NCBI GenBank assembly: GCA_026625185.1
Contig: CP113000.1
Span: 3,072,651 to 3,104,650, forward strand
Source of the DNA: Thermodesulfobacteriota bacterium
Lineage (GTDB): Bacteria > Desulfobacterota > WTBG01 > JAGOGO01
Reading direction: 5' to 3'
Length of the DNA: 32,000 nt
The notes beneath the pieces are model-generated. The model had not been told where the DNA came from, did not search any database, and saw only the letters and a list, made by a program, of their open reading frames with translations. The number at the start of each line of letters is the position of its first letter. Position 1 is the first letter of the stretch. This document shows, in pieces, positions 23,667-32,000 of this stretch. A program made the position numbers and the translations under genes.

Positions 23667-25655
23667 TCATTTTTGGCGAAAGGACATCCGATCGATAGCA
23701 CTGGAAATCTGACCGGCAAATGTATCAAGCAAGGCCTTTTGTTCAATCGTAAGAGGTTCAGCACGATGGGTGCGTAGGCCGATAACCCCGACAACGTGAG
23801 TGGGCGTGAGCAGCGGAACGAAATAGGCTTCCGCCATCGGTAAGGTGTCAGTAAAACGTCCAGCAGGTTTCCGTAGATTAAATACCCAGGTAGCAACGCT
23901 GAGATCTTTTTCACTAAGAACAAACGAACTCGCAGAATGCAGCACCAGACGGCCAGTTGAGAGTTGATCGGGAAGTAAGATCGAAATTTTTGCGCAAAAT
24001 ATACTGCCTAATTGTTTGACAGCAGTAACCAGGACTTCGTCAATGTTCGCGGCATTTGCGACTTCACGCGCGAGTGTGTAAAGCGCAACAGATTGCTCTT
24101 CGCGGTGCTGGAGGGCAAGCTGTTGGGCCCGAATGCGGGAAGTGAGATTGCCAAGAATCGAGGCGATGACGAAATACATCCCCAGCATGAGCGCATCTTG
24201 TGGCTCCGCAATATGAAAAGTGAAGGGAGGAGAAATAAAAAAGAAATCCCAGAGCAATGCGCTAAAAGTCGCAGAAAAAATAATAGGCCCGCGACCGACA
24301 AAAAGCGCGAGCAATACAATGGCAAACAACAAAACCAGTCCGACTGTTTGGTACCCAATGATGGGTAAAGCGCTGTAGCAAATTCCTGCCAAAACGATCA
24401 CTGTGATAAATCCATAGGCATATTGTTGCAAGGCTAATGAAATGTCAGGCTGAAGTTGCTTTTGTTTGAACGTTTGAATTTTGTTACTAGCGATCACTGA
24501 AATATCAATATTTCCGCTCTGTTTAATAAGACGAGGAACAAATGAATCCTCTCTAAAAAGTTTTACTAAAGGGGAATCCTGGGTTTTGCCAACAATAATT
24601 TGCGTCACATTGTGGTGCCGCGCAACTCGAACAATTCCTGAGACAAGGTCAGTGTCGGTGGTCGTGATAATTTCCGCGCCAAGTTCCCGGGCTAATTCCA
24701 GATTTTTTTCCTGTCGTCTTTTTGCTTCTGGTGAAAGTGGGCGATGGGGCAACTCCACGCTTGCGGCGATCCAGGGTGATTGCAGCGCATATGCCACGCG
24801 TCGTGTCGATCGCACCAGCTCGGCAGACATGGGACTTGGTCCAACGGCAACCAATAAGCGTTCGCCTGATTTCCACGGGCCGGAAATCTTGTGAATTTGC
24901 ATGTAGTCGCGCAATTGCTGATCAACATGTTGTGCGGTCAACCGTAGCGACATCTCCCTCAATGCGGTCAAATTGCCGCGGCGGAAAAATTTTTGTGCGG
25001 CAAGCTGCGCCTTGTCCGGCACATAGACTTTTCCTTCCGCAAGGCGTTTCAACAACTTTTCCGGCGAAATATCAACAAGCTCGATCTCATCGCTTCGATC
25101 AAAAATTGAATCCGGAACCGTTTCTCGCATCACCAGACCGGTAATCTGCTGCACCGCGTCAGCGCGACTTTCCAGATGCTGCACGTTGACAGTTGTATAA
25201 ACGCTGATACCGGCATCGAGCAATTCGACCACATCCTGATAACGTTTGGCATGCCGGCTACCGGGGATATTAGAATGAGCAAGCTCATCAACCAGCACAA
25301 GCTGGGGTTTGCGAATAAAAATAGCATCCAAATCCATTTCATCGAAGATTGCGCCGCGGTAGTCCATTTTCCGTCGTGGAATAATCGTCAAGCCTTGTAG
25401 AAGTGCATCAGTTTCAGCACGCCCATGGGTTTCAACATATCCCACGACAATGTCTACCCGCTCTGATAAAGCTTGACGTCCGGCTTGCAACATAGCGTAC
25501 GTTTTGCCGACCCCGGCAGCCATGCCGAAAAAGATTTTCAGCCTGCCTTTCTGTTGCCGGCTCTCTTCTTTTTTTATTGCTGCCAGCAAGGCGTCCGGGT
25601 CGGGACGTTGTTCGATGTTCACAGCTTTGGTTTCTCCGTCACTTGATTTGATCAA
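23667..25655 (-). CDS. kdpD: KdpD-type sensor lacking the histidine-kinase core (KdpD-N + Usp + TM + GAF only)
   Basis: RLKIFFGMAAGVGKTYAML (KdpD N-domain P-loop), VDELAHSN, a Usp-like middle, a 4-TM block and a GAF-like end. The ORF stops (…AIDRMSFRQK*) where HisKA would begin. Only ~105 nt remain before the convergent VWA gene. Confidence 0.85.
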   Translation of the reverse strand: MIKSSDGETKAVNIEQRPDPDALLAAIKKEESRQQKGRLKIFFGMAAGVGKTYAMLQAGRQALSERVDIVVGYVETHGRAETDALLQGLTIIPRRKMDYRGAIFDEMDLDAIFIRKPQLVLVDELAHSNIPGSRHAKRYQDVVELLDAGISVYTTVNVQHLESRADAVQQITGLVMRETVPDSIFDRSDEIELVDISPEKLLKRLAEGKVYVPDKAQLAAQKFFRRGNLTALREMSLRLTAQHVDQQLRDYMQIHKISGPWKSGERLLVAVGPSPMSAELVRSTRRVAYALQSPWIAASVELPHRPLSPEAKRRQEKNLELARELGAEIITTTDTDLVSGIVRVARHHNVTQIIVGKTQDSPLVKLFREDSFVPRLIKQSGNIDISVIASNKIQTFKQKQLQPDISLALQQYAYGFITVIVLAGICYSALPIIGYQTVGLVLLFAIVLLALFVGRGPIIFSATFSALLWDFFFISPPFTFHIAEPQDALMLGMYFVIASILGNLTSRIRAQQLALQHREEQSVALYTLAREVANAANIDEVLVTAVKQLGSIFCAKISILLPDQLSTGRLVLHSASSFVLSEKDLSVATWVFNLRKPAGRFTDTLPMAEAYFVPLLTPTHVVGVIGLRTHRAEPLTIEQKALLDTFAGQISSAIDRMSFRQK

Positions 25656-26199
25656 GAGCTACGTTCAAAAGAAAAACATTGACGCGCGGCTCGCCAAAAA
25701 TACCCCATTGCGGTGTCTCAATAAGGTGTTCCATTAAGTCAACAATTTTTTGCCTTTGCTCCACTCGAAACCCACGAACATGTGCAATGCGGTTAATTTG
25801 TAACCGCGCCGCATCCGGACTTAAATGGGGGTCAACTCCGCTGCCAGAAGCAAAAAGCATATCAGATGGAACAGCCCTCCAATCCAGATCCTCAAATTGT
25901 TTCCGGCACTGCTGCAGGGCATTTGGTAAACCGACGCTGGTCGGACCAAAATTTGTGGCACCCGACGGCATGGGATTATAATCTATCGCGGATGGGCGGC
26001 CCCAGAAATAACGAGAGCTAATAAATTTTTGTCCAACCAATTCCGAGCCCTTAATTTTTCCATCAACCGTTATAATGCTGCCGTTGGCCTGGCGGGGAAA
26101 GACGATTTGTCCTATCCCGGTGATGATAAGGGGATAAATTATTCCGGTCAGAACGGTCATAATGAGGAAAAGACGTAACGCTGAAAAAAGATGTCTCAT
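25639..26199 (-). CDS. kdpC: K+-transporting ATPase subunit C
   Basis: 186 aa. N-terminal TM then GIIYPLIITGIGQIVFPRQANGS, SGSGVDPHLSPDAA: KdpC hallmarks. Positioned between kdpB and kdpD. Confidence 0.85.
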   Translation of the reverse strand: MRHLFSALRLFLIMTVLTGIIYPLIITGIGQIVFPRQANGSIITVDGKIKGSELVGQKFISSRYFWGRPSAIDYNPMPSGATNFGPTSVGLPNALQQCRKQFEDLDWRAVPSDMLFASGSGVDPHLSPDAARLQINRIAHVRGFRVEQRQKIVDLMEHLIETPQWGIFGEPRVNVFLLNVALDQIK

Positions 26200-26208
26200 A
26201 TATTCACC

Positions 26209-28326
26209 TTATGCGAGTTTCAAGGCGATAACCAAAATATCAATCACTTTAATGCCGAGGAATGGAACAATAAGGCCGCCGATACCGTAAATCATCACAT
26301 TACGCAGTAAAATAGCGTTCGCGCCCCGTGGACGATAGGCAATACCCCTCAATGCCAGCGGAATCAGGGCGATGATAATAAGCGCATTGAAAATCACAGC
26401 CGAAAGAACAGCGCTTTGCGGAGAAGCCAGCTTCATAATATTGAGAGCTGCCAGGGGGCCATTTGCCCCCGAAACAGCATAGAGCGTAGCAAAAAGCGCT
26501 GGTAAGATTGCAAAATATTTCGCCACATCGTTGGCAATGCTGAAAGTAGTGAGAGCGCCTCGCGTCATGAGTAACTGCTTCCCGATTTCAACAATCTCGA
26601 TTAGTTTAGTCGGATTGCTGTCTAAGTCAACCATATTTCCGGCTTCGCGTGCAGCTTGCGTGCCGGTATTCATGGCTACGCCGACATCAGCTTGCGCCAG
26701 CGCAGGAGCATCATTCGTTCCATCTCCAATCATGGCAATAAGTCGCCCCTGCGCCTGTTCCTCGCGAATGCGTTGTAATTTGGTCTCCGGTGTGGCTTGA
26801 GCAATAAAGTCATCCACCCCAGCTTCCGCCGCGATTGATGCTGCTGTAAGCTGATTATCGCCCGTGATCATCACCGTGCGAATACCCATGGCTCGTAGTT
26901 GTTCAAAACGTTCCTTTATGCCCCCTTTTACCACATCCTTGAGCTGAATCAATCCTAAAATTTCAAGATTTTCGATTACCACCAGCGGTGTGCCTCCTGA
27001 CCAGGCGATATCCGTTCCGATCATCTGCGTAACATGCATGCTCATGCTGGAAACCTGATTTTCTGCGCCGTTTGCAATTAAATAAGCGCGTATGGCCTCA
27101 AGGGAACCCTTACGAATGCTTCGTGCTGAACGTCCATCCATGGCGGGAATATCAACACCACTCATCTGTGTCTGCGCGCTGAAGGGAACAAACCGTGCCC
27201 CCAACTCCTTGATGTTCCGACCACGGAGGCCAAAGTCTCTTTTCGCCAGCACCACAATCGAGCGGCCTTCCGGGGTTTCATCGGCAAGCGACGCTAATTG
27301 AGCGGCATCCGCTAAGCGTTCTTCAGTCACTTCCGGAGCGGGCACGAATTCCATTGCCATGCGATTGCCCAGGGTGATAGTTCCCGTTTTGTCAAGCAGA
27401 AGCACATCAATATCCCCGGCCGCTTCAACGGCGCGACCGCTCACCGCCAACACATTATGCCGAATCAGTCGATCCATGCCGCTGATGCCGATGGCACTGA
27501 GTAGGCCGCCGATGGTCGTCGGAGCCAGGCAAACAAGCAAGGCCACAAGAACCGGAAGTGTCAGTGAAGAATGTGATTTCATCATGCCCGCAGCTTTTTC
27601 GCTGTAAATGTCGAATGGAAGCAATGAAACGACGACCAGTAAAAAGATAATGGTAAGCGCCCCGAGCAAAATCGTCAAAGCAACCTCATTCGGGGTTTTG
27701 CGGCGCTTGGCTCCTTCCACCAGGGCAATCATGCGGTCGAGAAACGTGTTGCCCGGTTCCGATGTTATGCGGATAATAATTTTGTCACTCAACACCCGGG
27801 TGCCGCTGGTGACGGCGTTGCGGTCACCGCCGCTTTCCCGTATTACCGGAGCGGATTCACCGGTGATGGCAGATTCATCAACACTCGCAATACCTTCGAT
27901 AACTTCCCCATCGCCAGGAATAACATCATTAGCTTCGCAGACCACGATATCCCCAACTTTCAATTCCGTAGCAGAAATTTTTTCTTCCTGACCGTTAACG
28001 AACCGGCGAGCGACCGTTTTCGTTCGCATTTTGCGGAGGCTTTCGGCTTGAGCCTTGCCGCGGCCCTCTGCAACCGCTTCTGCAAAATTCGCAAACAGCG
28101 CCGTGAGCCACAACCAGAAAGTGATTTGTATATTAAACATATCAGATTTCCCGCCGGTGAGCTCGTGGATAACGGTGGCAGTTGTCAAGATCGCTCCAAG
28201 AAAAACTACGAACATCACCGGGTTTTTGATTTGCCAACGCGGATCGAGCTTGACAAAAGTATCCACGAGTGCGCGTAAAATGATTGCTTGATCGAAGAGC
28301 TTAGGTGATTTTTTTATCGAGTCCAT
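26209..28326 (-). CDS. kdpB: K+-transporting P-type ATPase subunit B
   Basis: 705 aa. DKTGTIT phosphorylation site, [22 protein letters not shown]: the P-type ATPase core in KdpB arrangement. Confidence 0.95.
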   Translation of the reverse strand: MDSIKKSPKLFDQAIILRALVDTFVKLDPRWQIKNPVMFVVFLGAILTTATVIHELTGGKSDMFNIQITFWLWLTALFANFAEAVAEGRGKAQAESLRKMRTKTVARRFVNGQEEKISATELKVGDIVVCEANDVIPGDGEVIEGIASVDESAITGESAPVIRESGGDRNAVTSGTRVLSDKIIIRITSEPGNTFLDRMIALVEGAKRRKTPNEVALTILLGALTIIFLLVVVSLLPFDIYSEKAAGMMKSHSSLTLPVLVALLVCLAPTTIGGLLSAIGISGMDRLIRHNVLAVSGRAVEAAGDIDVLLLDKTGTITLGNRMAMEFVPAPEVTEERLADAAQLASLADETPEGRSIVVLAKRDFGLRGRNIKELGARFVPFSAQTQMSGVDIPAMDGRSARSIRKGSLEAIRAYLIANGAENQVSSMSMHVTQMIGTDIAWSGGTPLVVIENLEILGLIQLKDVVKGGIKERFEQLRAMGIRTVMITGDNQLTAASIAAEAGVDDFIAQATPETKLQRIREEQAQGRLIAMIGDGTNDAPALAQADVGVAMNTGTQAAREAGNMVDLDSNPTKLIEIVEIGKQLLMTRGALTTFSIANDVAKYFAILPALFATLYAVSGANGPLAALNIMKLASPQSAVLSAVIFNALIIIALIPLALRGIAYRPRGANAILLRNVMIYGIGGLIVPFLGIKVIDILVIALKLA

Positions 28327-28367
28327 GTGAACGTTCTTAAATAAAAGTCAATTTAACGAGCAATGTT

Positions 28368-30059
28368 TTAAAATACATGACCAGCGAGCATAAGAAGGTG
28401 TTCGACAATCGGGCCGAGTGAAAGTGCAGGGAAAAACGTCAGCCCGCCAACAATAATAACGATTGCAACCAACAAAACAACAAAAGTAGCATTATCGGTT
28501 TGAAAAGTCCCTGCGGAAAACGGCGCATTTTTTTTGTTGGCCATACTGCCGGCGATGGCCAACACCGGCACGATGACGGCGAAACGTCCGATGAGCATAG
28601 CAATGCCGAGCATAATGTTATAGAAAGTGGTGTTGGCATTCAATCCGGCAAACGCACTGCCATTATTCCCCCCCGCTGAAGAAAAGGCATAAAGTATTTC
28701 ACTCAGCCCATGCGGGCCTTTGTTTCCAAGGCTCGATAAACCGGCATCCGTCACGCAGGCAATCGCTGAAAAAACCAGGATGACAAGACTCGGTGCAATC
28801 ACCGCCAGCATGGACATTTTAACCTCAAAAGCTTCAATTTTTTTGCCGAGATATTCGGGCGTTCTGCCGACCATCAAACCCGCAATAAACACAGTAATAA
28901 TGACAAAAATAAGCATCCCGTAAAGTCCCGCGCCCACGCCGCCAAAAATCACTTCACCGAGCATGATGTTGAACATTGCCACCAAACCAGCGAGCGGCGA
29001 AAGGCTATCGTGCATTGCATTCACCGAACCATTGGAGGCGGCAGTGGTTGCGGTTGCCCAAAGCACGCTGTTCGTGACACCGAAACGCACCTCCTTGCCC
29101 TCCATTGACCCGGCGATACCGGTCACCGGATTATAGCCGTATTCGGCCCAAAGCGAAACCATCAATCCCATGAGAAAAAGCACCATCATCGCCGCGAAAA
29201 TTACCCAGCCTTGTCGTCTGGAATTAACCATTATCCCGTAGGTATAGGTCAACGCGGCCGGAATAAGCAAAAGGGAAAGCATTTGAAAAAAATTGCTGAG
29301 TGGTGTTGGGTTTTCAAGTGGATACGAGCTGTTGGCGTTAAAAAAACCGCCGCCGTTGGTGCCCATCTGTTTGATCGCTATTTGCGAGGCGGCCGGCCCA
29401 AGCGGAATGATTTGGGTATGACTTTCGAGTGTCTGTATGTGCAGGGAGGGTGAGAACGTTTGCACAACGCCTTGTCCAAGGAGTAGGATCGCAAGAATGA
29501 AAGCAAGGGGCAGAAGAACATACAGCGTCGTGCGAACAAGATCGACCCAAAAATTACCGATCGTTTGCAGAGAGCGTCGCGTCAAACCGCGTGTCAGCGC
29601 CAGCAACACCGCCACGCCAGTGGCGGCACTCAAAAAATTCTGCACTGTCAGACCGAGCATCTGCGTGAAATAGCTGAGGCTGGTTTCCCCCGCATAGCTT
29701 TGCCAGTTGGTGTTGGTCATGAAGCTGACCGCCGTGTTAAAGGCTAAAACCATAGAAACCCCCGGCAATTTTTGCGGATTGAGCGGCAACTTATCCTGAA
29801 TCATTTGCATGACGAAAACAACGACGAACCCGATAAAATTGAAGATGAGCAATGCCCATACGTAGGTTGACCAACGCATTTCAGTATTTTCATCAATCCC
29901 CGCAAGCCGGTAAATTGCTTTTTCCAGAGGCCGCAGTAAGGGCGTCAGCCACGTATGCCCGCCATTAAAAACTTTTGCCATAAATAAACCGAGAACCGGG
30001 GTCAGCGCCAACAGAAAAAACAGATAAAGCACTATCTGTACAACTTCATGGAGATGCAT
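28368..30059 (-). CDS. kdpA: K+-transporting ATPase subunit A
   Basis: 563 aa polytopic. NTNWQSYAGE, MGTNGGGFF, SNGSVNAMHDS and GNNGSAFAG selectivity-filter-like repeats typical of KdpA. GGAGAA SD. Confidence 0.95.
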   Translation of the reverse strand: MHLHEVVQIVLYLFFLLALTPVLGLFMAKVFNGGHTWLTPLLRPLEKAIYRLAGIDENTEMRWSTYVWALLIFNFIGFVVVFVMQMIQDKLPLNPQKLPGVSMVLAFNTAVSFMTNTNWQSYAGETSLSYFTQMLGLTVQNFLSAATGVAVLLALTRGLTRRSLQTIGNFWVDLVRTTLYVLLPLAFILAILLLGQGVVQTFSPSLHIQTLESHTQIIPLGPAASQIAIKQMGTNGGGFFNANSSYPLENPTPLSNFFQMLSLLLIPAALTYTYGIMVNSRRQGWVIFAAMMVLFLMGLMVSLWAEYGYNPVTGIAGSMEGKEVRFGVTNSVLWATATTAASNGSVNAMHDSLSPLAGLVAMFNIMLGEVIFGGVGAGLYGMLIFVIITVFIAGLMVGRTPEYLGKKIEAFEVKMSMLAVIAPSLVILVFSAIACVTDAGLSSLGNKGPHGLSEILYAFSSAGGNNGSAFAGLNANTTFYNIMLGIAMLIGRFAVIVPVLAIAGSMANKKNAPFSAGTFQTDNATFVVLLVAIVIIVGGLTFFPALSLGPIVEHLLMLAGHVF

Positions 30060-30130
30060 GTTTCATTCTCCGGTTAAAGTGAAAATAAATAAATCCGGCA
30101 CGTTCAGTACGACAAAAACCTCTATAGCAA

Positions 30131-30211
30131 CTATGCTTTATTAAGACACCCAACATAGTAATAACCATATAAGATCAAAGGGAAAAACGCAATAAGATTC
30201 CTCGTGCCCAT
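30131..30211 (-). CDS. kdpF: Candidate KdpF small hydrophobic subunit (26 aa)
   Basis: An internal ATG of the 66-aa track ORF gives MGTRNLIAFFPLILYGYYYVGCLNKA: one hydrophobic helix with a Tyr-rich end, loosely like KdpF (…LLGYLVYALINAEAF in E. coli). Correct position and strand, but a weak SD and an atypical 71-nt gap to kdpA. Confidence 0.35.
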   Translation of the reverse strand: MGTRNLIAFFPLILYGYYYVGCLNKA

Positions 30212-30269
30212 GATTTTCTTAAAAAATGTTCTTTCAGCTTGATTATGCTCACCTCCTGAAATACAGGAA

Positions 30270-30309
30270 GAAAATAAAAAAGACTGCTGGCATGGCAGCA
30301 GTCTTTTAT
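30270..30309 (-). terminator. Intrinsic terminator (riboswitch expression platform) in the kdp leader
   Basis: Minus strand: AAAAGACTGCTG-CCATGC-CAGCAGTCTTTT followed by TTTATTTTC. The 9-bp GC-containing stem is extendable by A-T pairs. Sits immediately 3' of the aptamer and 5' of kdpF/kdpA. Confidence 0.65.
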
Positions 30310-30319
30310 TCTCTGTCCA

Positions 30320-30450
30320 ATGCCCTCCCAAATGCCTACGAGGTTAGCTGACGGGCTTGGGCTTGGAAGTGCCCTATTCTTCTCAATGAGAAATTAGCCC
30401 CTGTTACTTGGGTCCCCCGCATCCATGGTTTCCATGGATCTCGGCGACAT
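30320..30450 (-). promoter_or_regulatory. c-di-AMP riboswitch aptamer (ydaO-yuaA class)
   Basis: Minus strand reads ...GAGATCCATGGAAACCATGGATGCGGGGGACCCAAGTAACAGGGGCTAAT...GAATAGGGCAC...CCCAAGCCCGTCAGCTAACCTCGTAGGCATTTGGGAGG. The blocks GCGGGGGACCCA, GGGGnnAAU, UAGGGC and CCCGUCAGCUAACCUCGUAnGC match my memory of the B. subtilis ydaO aptamer almost block for block. Confidence 0.8.
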
Positions 30451-30472
30451 AATATTATTTATATTTTGATAA

Positions 30473-30501
30473 ATTATCGATCGCAAAAATCAAAAAGTCA
30501 A
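30473..30501 (-). promoter_or_regulatory. Putative sigma70 promoter of the kdp operon (TTGACT-17-GATAAT)
   Basis: Minus strand: CTACTTGACT TTTTGATTTTTGCGATC GATAAT. The predicted start is about 15 nt before the riboswitch 5' end. Shares TACTTGACTTTTT(T)GATT with the porin/eutBC promoter. Confidence 0.5.
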
Positions 30502-30619
30502 GTAGAAAAACAGCAACGAATTGCCTCAAATTAAATGTTACCCAAAGAGTGATTAAAAAGGGATCGTTGACTCATAAATAGATGTTGCCGAACATCGACT
30601 TCCAAAAGGAGGGATAATT

Positions 30620-31156
30620 ATGAGTCCACGGTCCAAACGAGAGTATCGGGAGGCAGTTTATTTGCGGTATAAAAATGCCCCTCGTCGTGAAAAAACCGCC
30701 ATCCTAGATGAATTCTGCGCTACCTGCGGATGTCACCGCAAACACGCCATCCGAGTCCTCAAAAGGTTCAAACGCTTTACCAAACCAAAGGGGAAAAGAA
30801 GAGGAAAACCAACCATTTATCAGAATGAGGCTATCGGTAAACCCCTTAAAGAAATCTGGCTTAAAGCTAATCTGCCCTGTTCAAAACGCCTCAAGGTCAT
30901 TTTGCCGCTCTGGCTTCCTGGATATGTTGAACTCTTCGGCCAACTCCCTGCGGATGTTACCAGTGCCTTGCTGAGAATCTCTCCTCCAACTATAGACAGG
31001 CTTCTTAAGCCTATTCGAATCCATTACACAAAACGGGGCCGCTCTACCACAAAGCCAGGAACTCTTCTACGAAAGAAAATCCTCATAAAAACCAACCAAT
31101 GGGATGAGTCACGCTGGGTTTACCCCTCGGCCCACTCCGATATAGTGATACCCTAA
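30620..31156 (+). mobile_element. Truncated transposase remnant (N-terminal HTH part of an integrase-core/DDE transposase; catalytic domain missing)
   Basis: AAGGAGGG SD. MSPRSKREY..REKTAILDEFCATCGCHRKHAIRVLKR...ISPPTIDRLLKP...TKPGTLLRKKILIKTNQWDES resembles N-termini of ~450-aa rve-type transposases (IS481/ISNCY-like; family uncertain). After WDES the frame runs into the antisense of the ugd 3' end, and no DDE core follows. Confidence 0.6.
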
Positions 31157-32000
31157 TTCAGACATTCTTTCCGGTTCATAAATATTTCTCAAGTCTACGA
31201 TCAATGGCTGCGCCATGAGCTTTTTCACCTCTTTGAGATCAAGGTTCCTGAATTCGTTCCACTCCGTAAGAATAACGAGACCATCTACTCCTTTAACTAC
31301 CGAATAGGCATCTATTCCGTAAGTAAGATTTATAGAATTTACCGCCTTTTTAAACTCATCCATCCCCTCGGGATCATACGCTTTTACTTTTGCCCCTTTT
31401 TGCAGTAAGGCCTGAATAATATCAATAGCCGGAGATTCTCTCACATCACTGGTGTTGGGCTTAAAAGCAAGGCCTAAGATAGCGATCATCTTCCCTTCTA
31501 AGGATCCTACTGCTTTCTCAATCTTTTCCACCATTACCCTGCGCTGATTCCGGTTTACTTTAATGACTGATTCAACAATACTGACGGGGCTTCCGAGTTT
31601 TTTTCCCAAAAAGGCAAACGCGTGAGTATCCTTGGGAAAGCATGACCCTCCAAAGCCTGGACCAGGGTGAAGAAATTTCGAACCGATCCTTTTGTCCAAC
31701 CCCATGGCTTTAGCTACCTGATGCACATCTGCCCCGACCTTTTCACAAATATTAGCCACCTCATTAATAAAGGAAATTTTAGTAGCAAGAAAAGCATTGG
31801 AAGCATATTTAATTATTTCTGCGGTCTCCAAATTGGTAAAAACAAAGGGGGTCTCGATCAAGTAAAGCGACCGATAAATATCTTTCATAATTGCCAAGGC
31901 GCGGGGACTCTCCGCACCAATTACCACCCGGTCGGGCCGCATAAAGTCTTCAATGGCAGATCCTTCCCGGAGAAATTCAGGATTAGAAACAATATCAATG
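31109..32000 (-). CDS. ugd: UDP-glucose/GDP-mannose dehydrogenase family protein, probably UDP-glucose 6-dehydrogenase (C-terminal ~296 codons; 5' end off window)
   Basis: The frame stays open upstream of the track's Met to the window edge: IDIVSNPEFLREGSAIEDFMRPDRVVIG, then GFGGSCFPKD (catalytic Cys) and GLAFKPNTSDVRESPA. These are hallmarks of the family. Confidence 0.85.
   Translation of the reverse strand, partial: IDIVSNPEFLREGSAIEDFMRPDRVVIGAESPRALAIMKDIYRSLYLIETPFVFTNLETAEIIKYASNAFLATKISFINEVANICEKVGADVHQVAKAMGLDKRIGSKFLHPGPGFGGSCFPKDTHAFAFLGKKLGSPVSIVESVIKVNRNQRRVMVEKIEKAVGSLEGKMIAILGLAFKPNTSDVRESPAIDIIQALLQKGAKVKAYDPEGMDEFKKAVNSINLTYGIDAYSVVKGVDGLVILTEWNEFRNLDLKEVKKLMAQPLIVDLRNIYEPERMSELGYHYIGVGRGVNPA

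Noticed and set aside
23576-23923. 115-aa minus-strand ORF overlapping the kdpD 3' end
   Set aside because: It is an alternative frame of kdpD that extends into the intergenic T-rich tract. It shows no histidine-kinase motifs, so it is not the missing kinase half.
24008-25400. Multiple 70-140-aa ORFs on both strands within kdpD
   Set aside because: High GC content produces long spurious frames. All are nested in the 662-aa KdpD ORF.
30131-30331. Full 66-aa ORF from the track upstream of kdpA
   Set aside because: Its first 40 codons run straight through the leader terminator hairpin and U-tract. Only the last 26 codons (possible KdpF) are kept, at low confidence.
1-32000. CRISPR arrays, tRNA/rRNA genes, long direct repeats
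   Set aside because: No spaced direct repeats, cloverleaf-like segments or rRNA-like stretches were seen in any intergenic region. All gaps over 200 bp were read on both strands.

Overview
Gene-dense bacterial chromosomal window. I saw no rRNA, tRNA or CRISPR. All family calls come from reading the translations and from motif memory; no searches were run.

Left third (1-9.6 kb, all minus strand):
- The start of an HdrA-like gene and an HdrD-like CCG-domain Fe-S protein.
- Two paralogous tungsten-type aldehyde:ferredoxin oxidoreductase (AOR) modules. Each AOR is followed by a small MoaD/ThiS-like protein with a Gly-Gly tail.
- Module 1 also has a cysteine-rich ferredoxin and an upstream radical-SAM/SPASM protein of the kind associated with W-cofactor enzymes.
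- An orphan PotD-like periplasmic binding protein sits between the two modules.

Middle (9.8-23.6 kb, all plus strand):
- A two-gene unit bracketed by a consensus sigma70 promoter and a strong terminator. It encodes a Gcw_chp/TorF-like outer-membrane barrel and a fused EutB-EutC ethanolamine ammonia-lyase with a Sec-like N-terminal signal or anchor. This is the most unusual item in the window.
- An unknown polytopic membrane protein.
- A BtuD/BtuF/BtuC-type (FecCD-family) ABC importer.
- A Bat-like gene train: MoxR AAA+, DUF58, BatD-like, VWA, helical protein, VWA.

Right third (23.6-30.5 kb, minus strand):
- A visibly more GC-rich kdp(F)ABC operon with a kinase-less KdpD and no KdpE. It is preceded by a promoter, a ydaO-type c-di-AMP riboswitch and an intrinsic terminator.
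- A truncated transposase remnant abutting the 3' end of a UDP-glucose dehydrogenase gene.

The gene content (AOR, Hdr) suggests an anaerobe. Taxon is not determinable from here.
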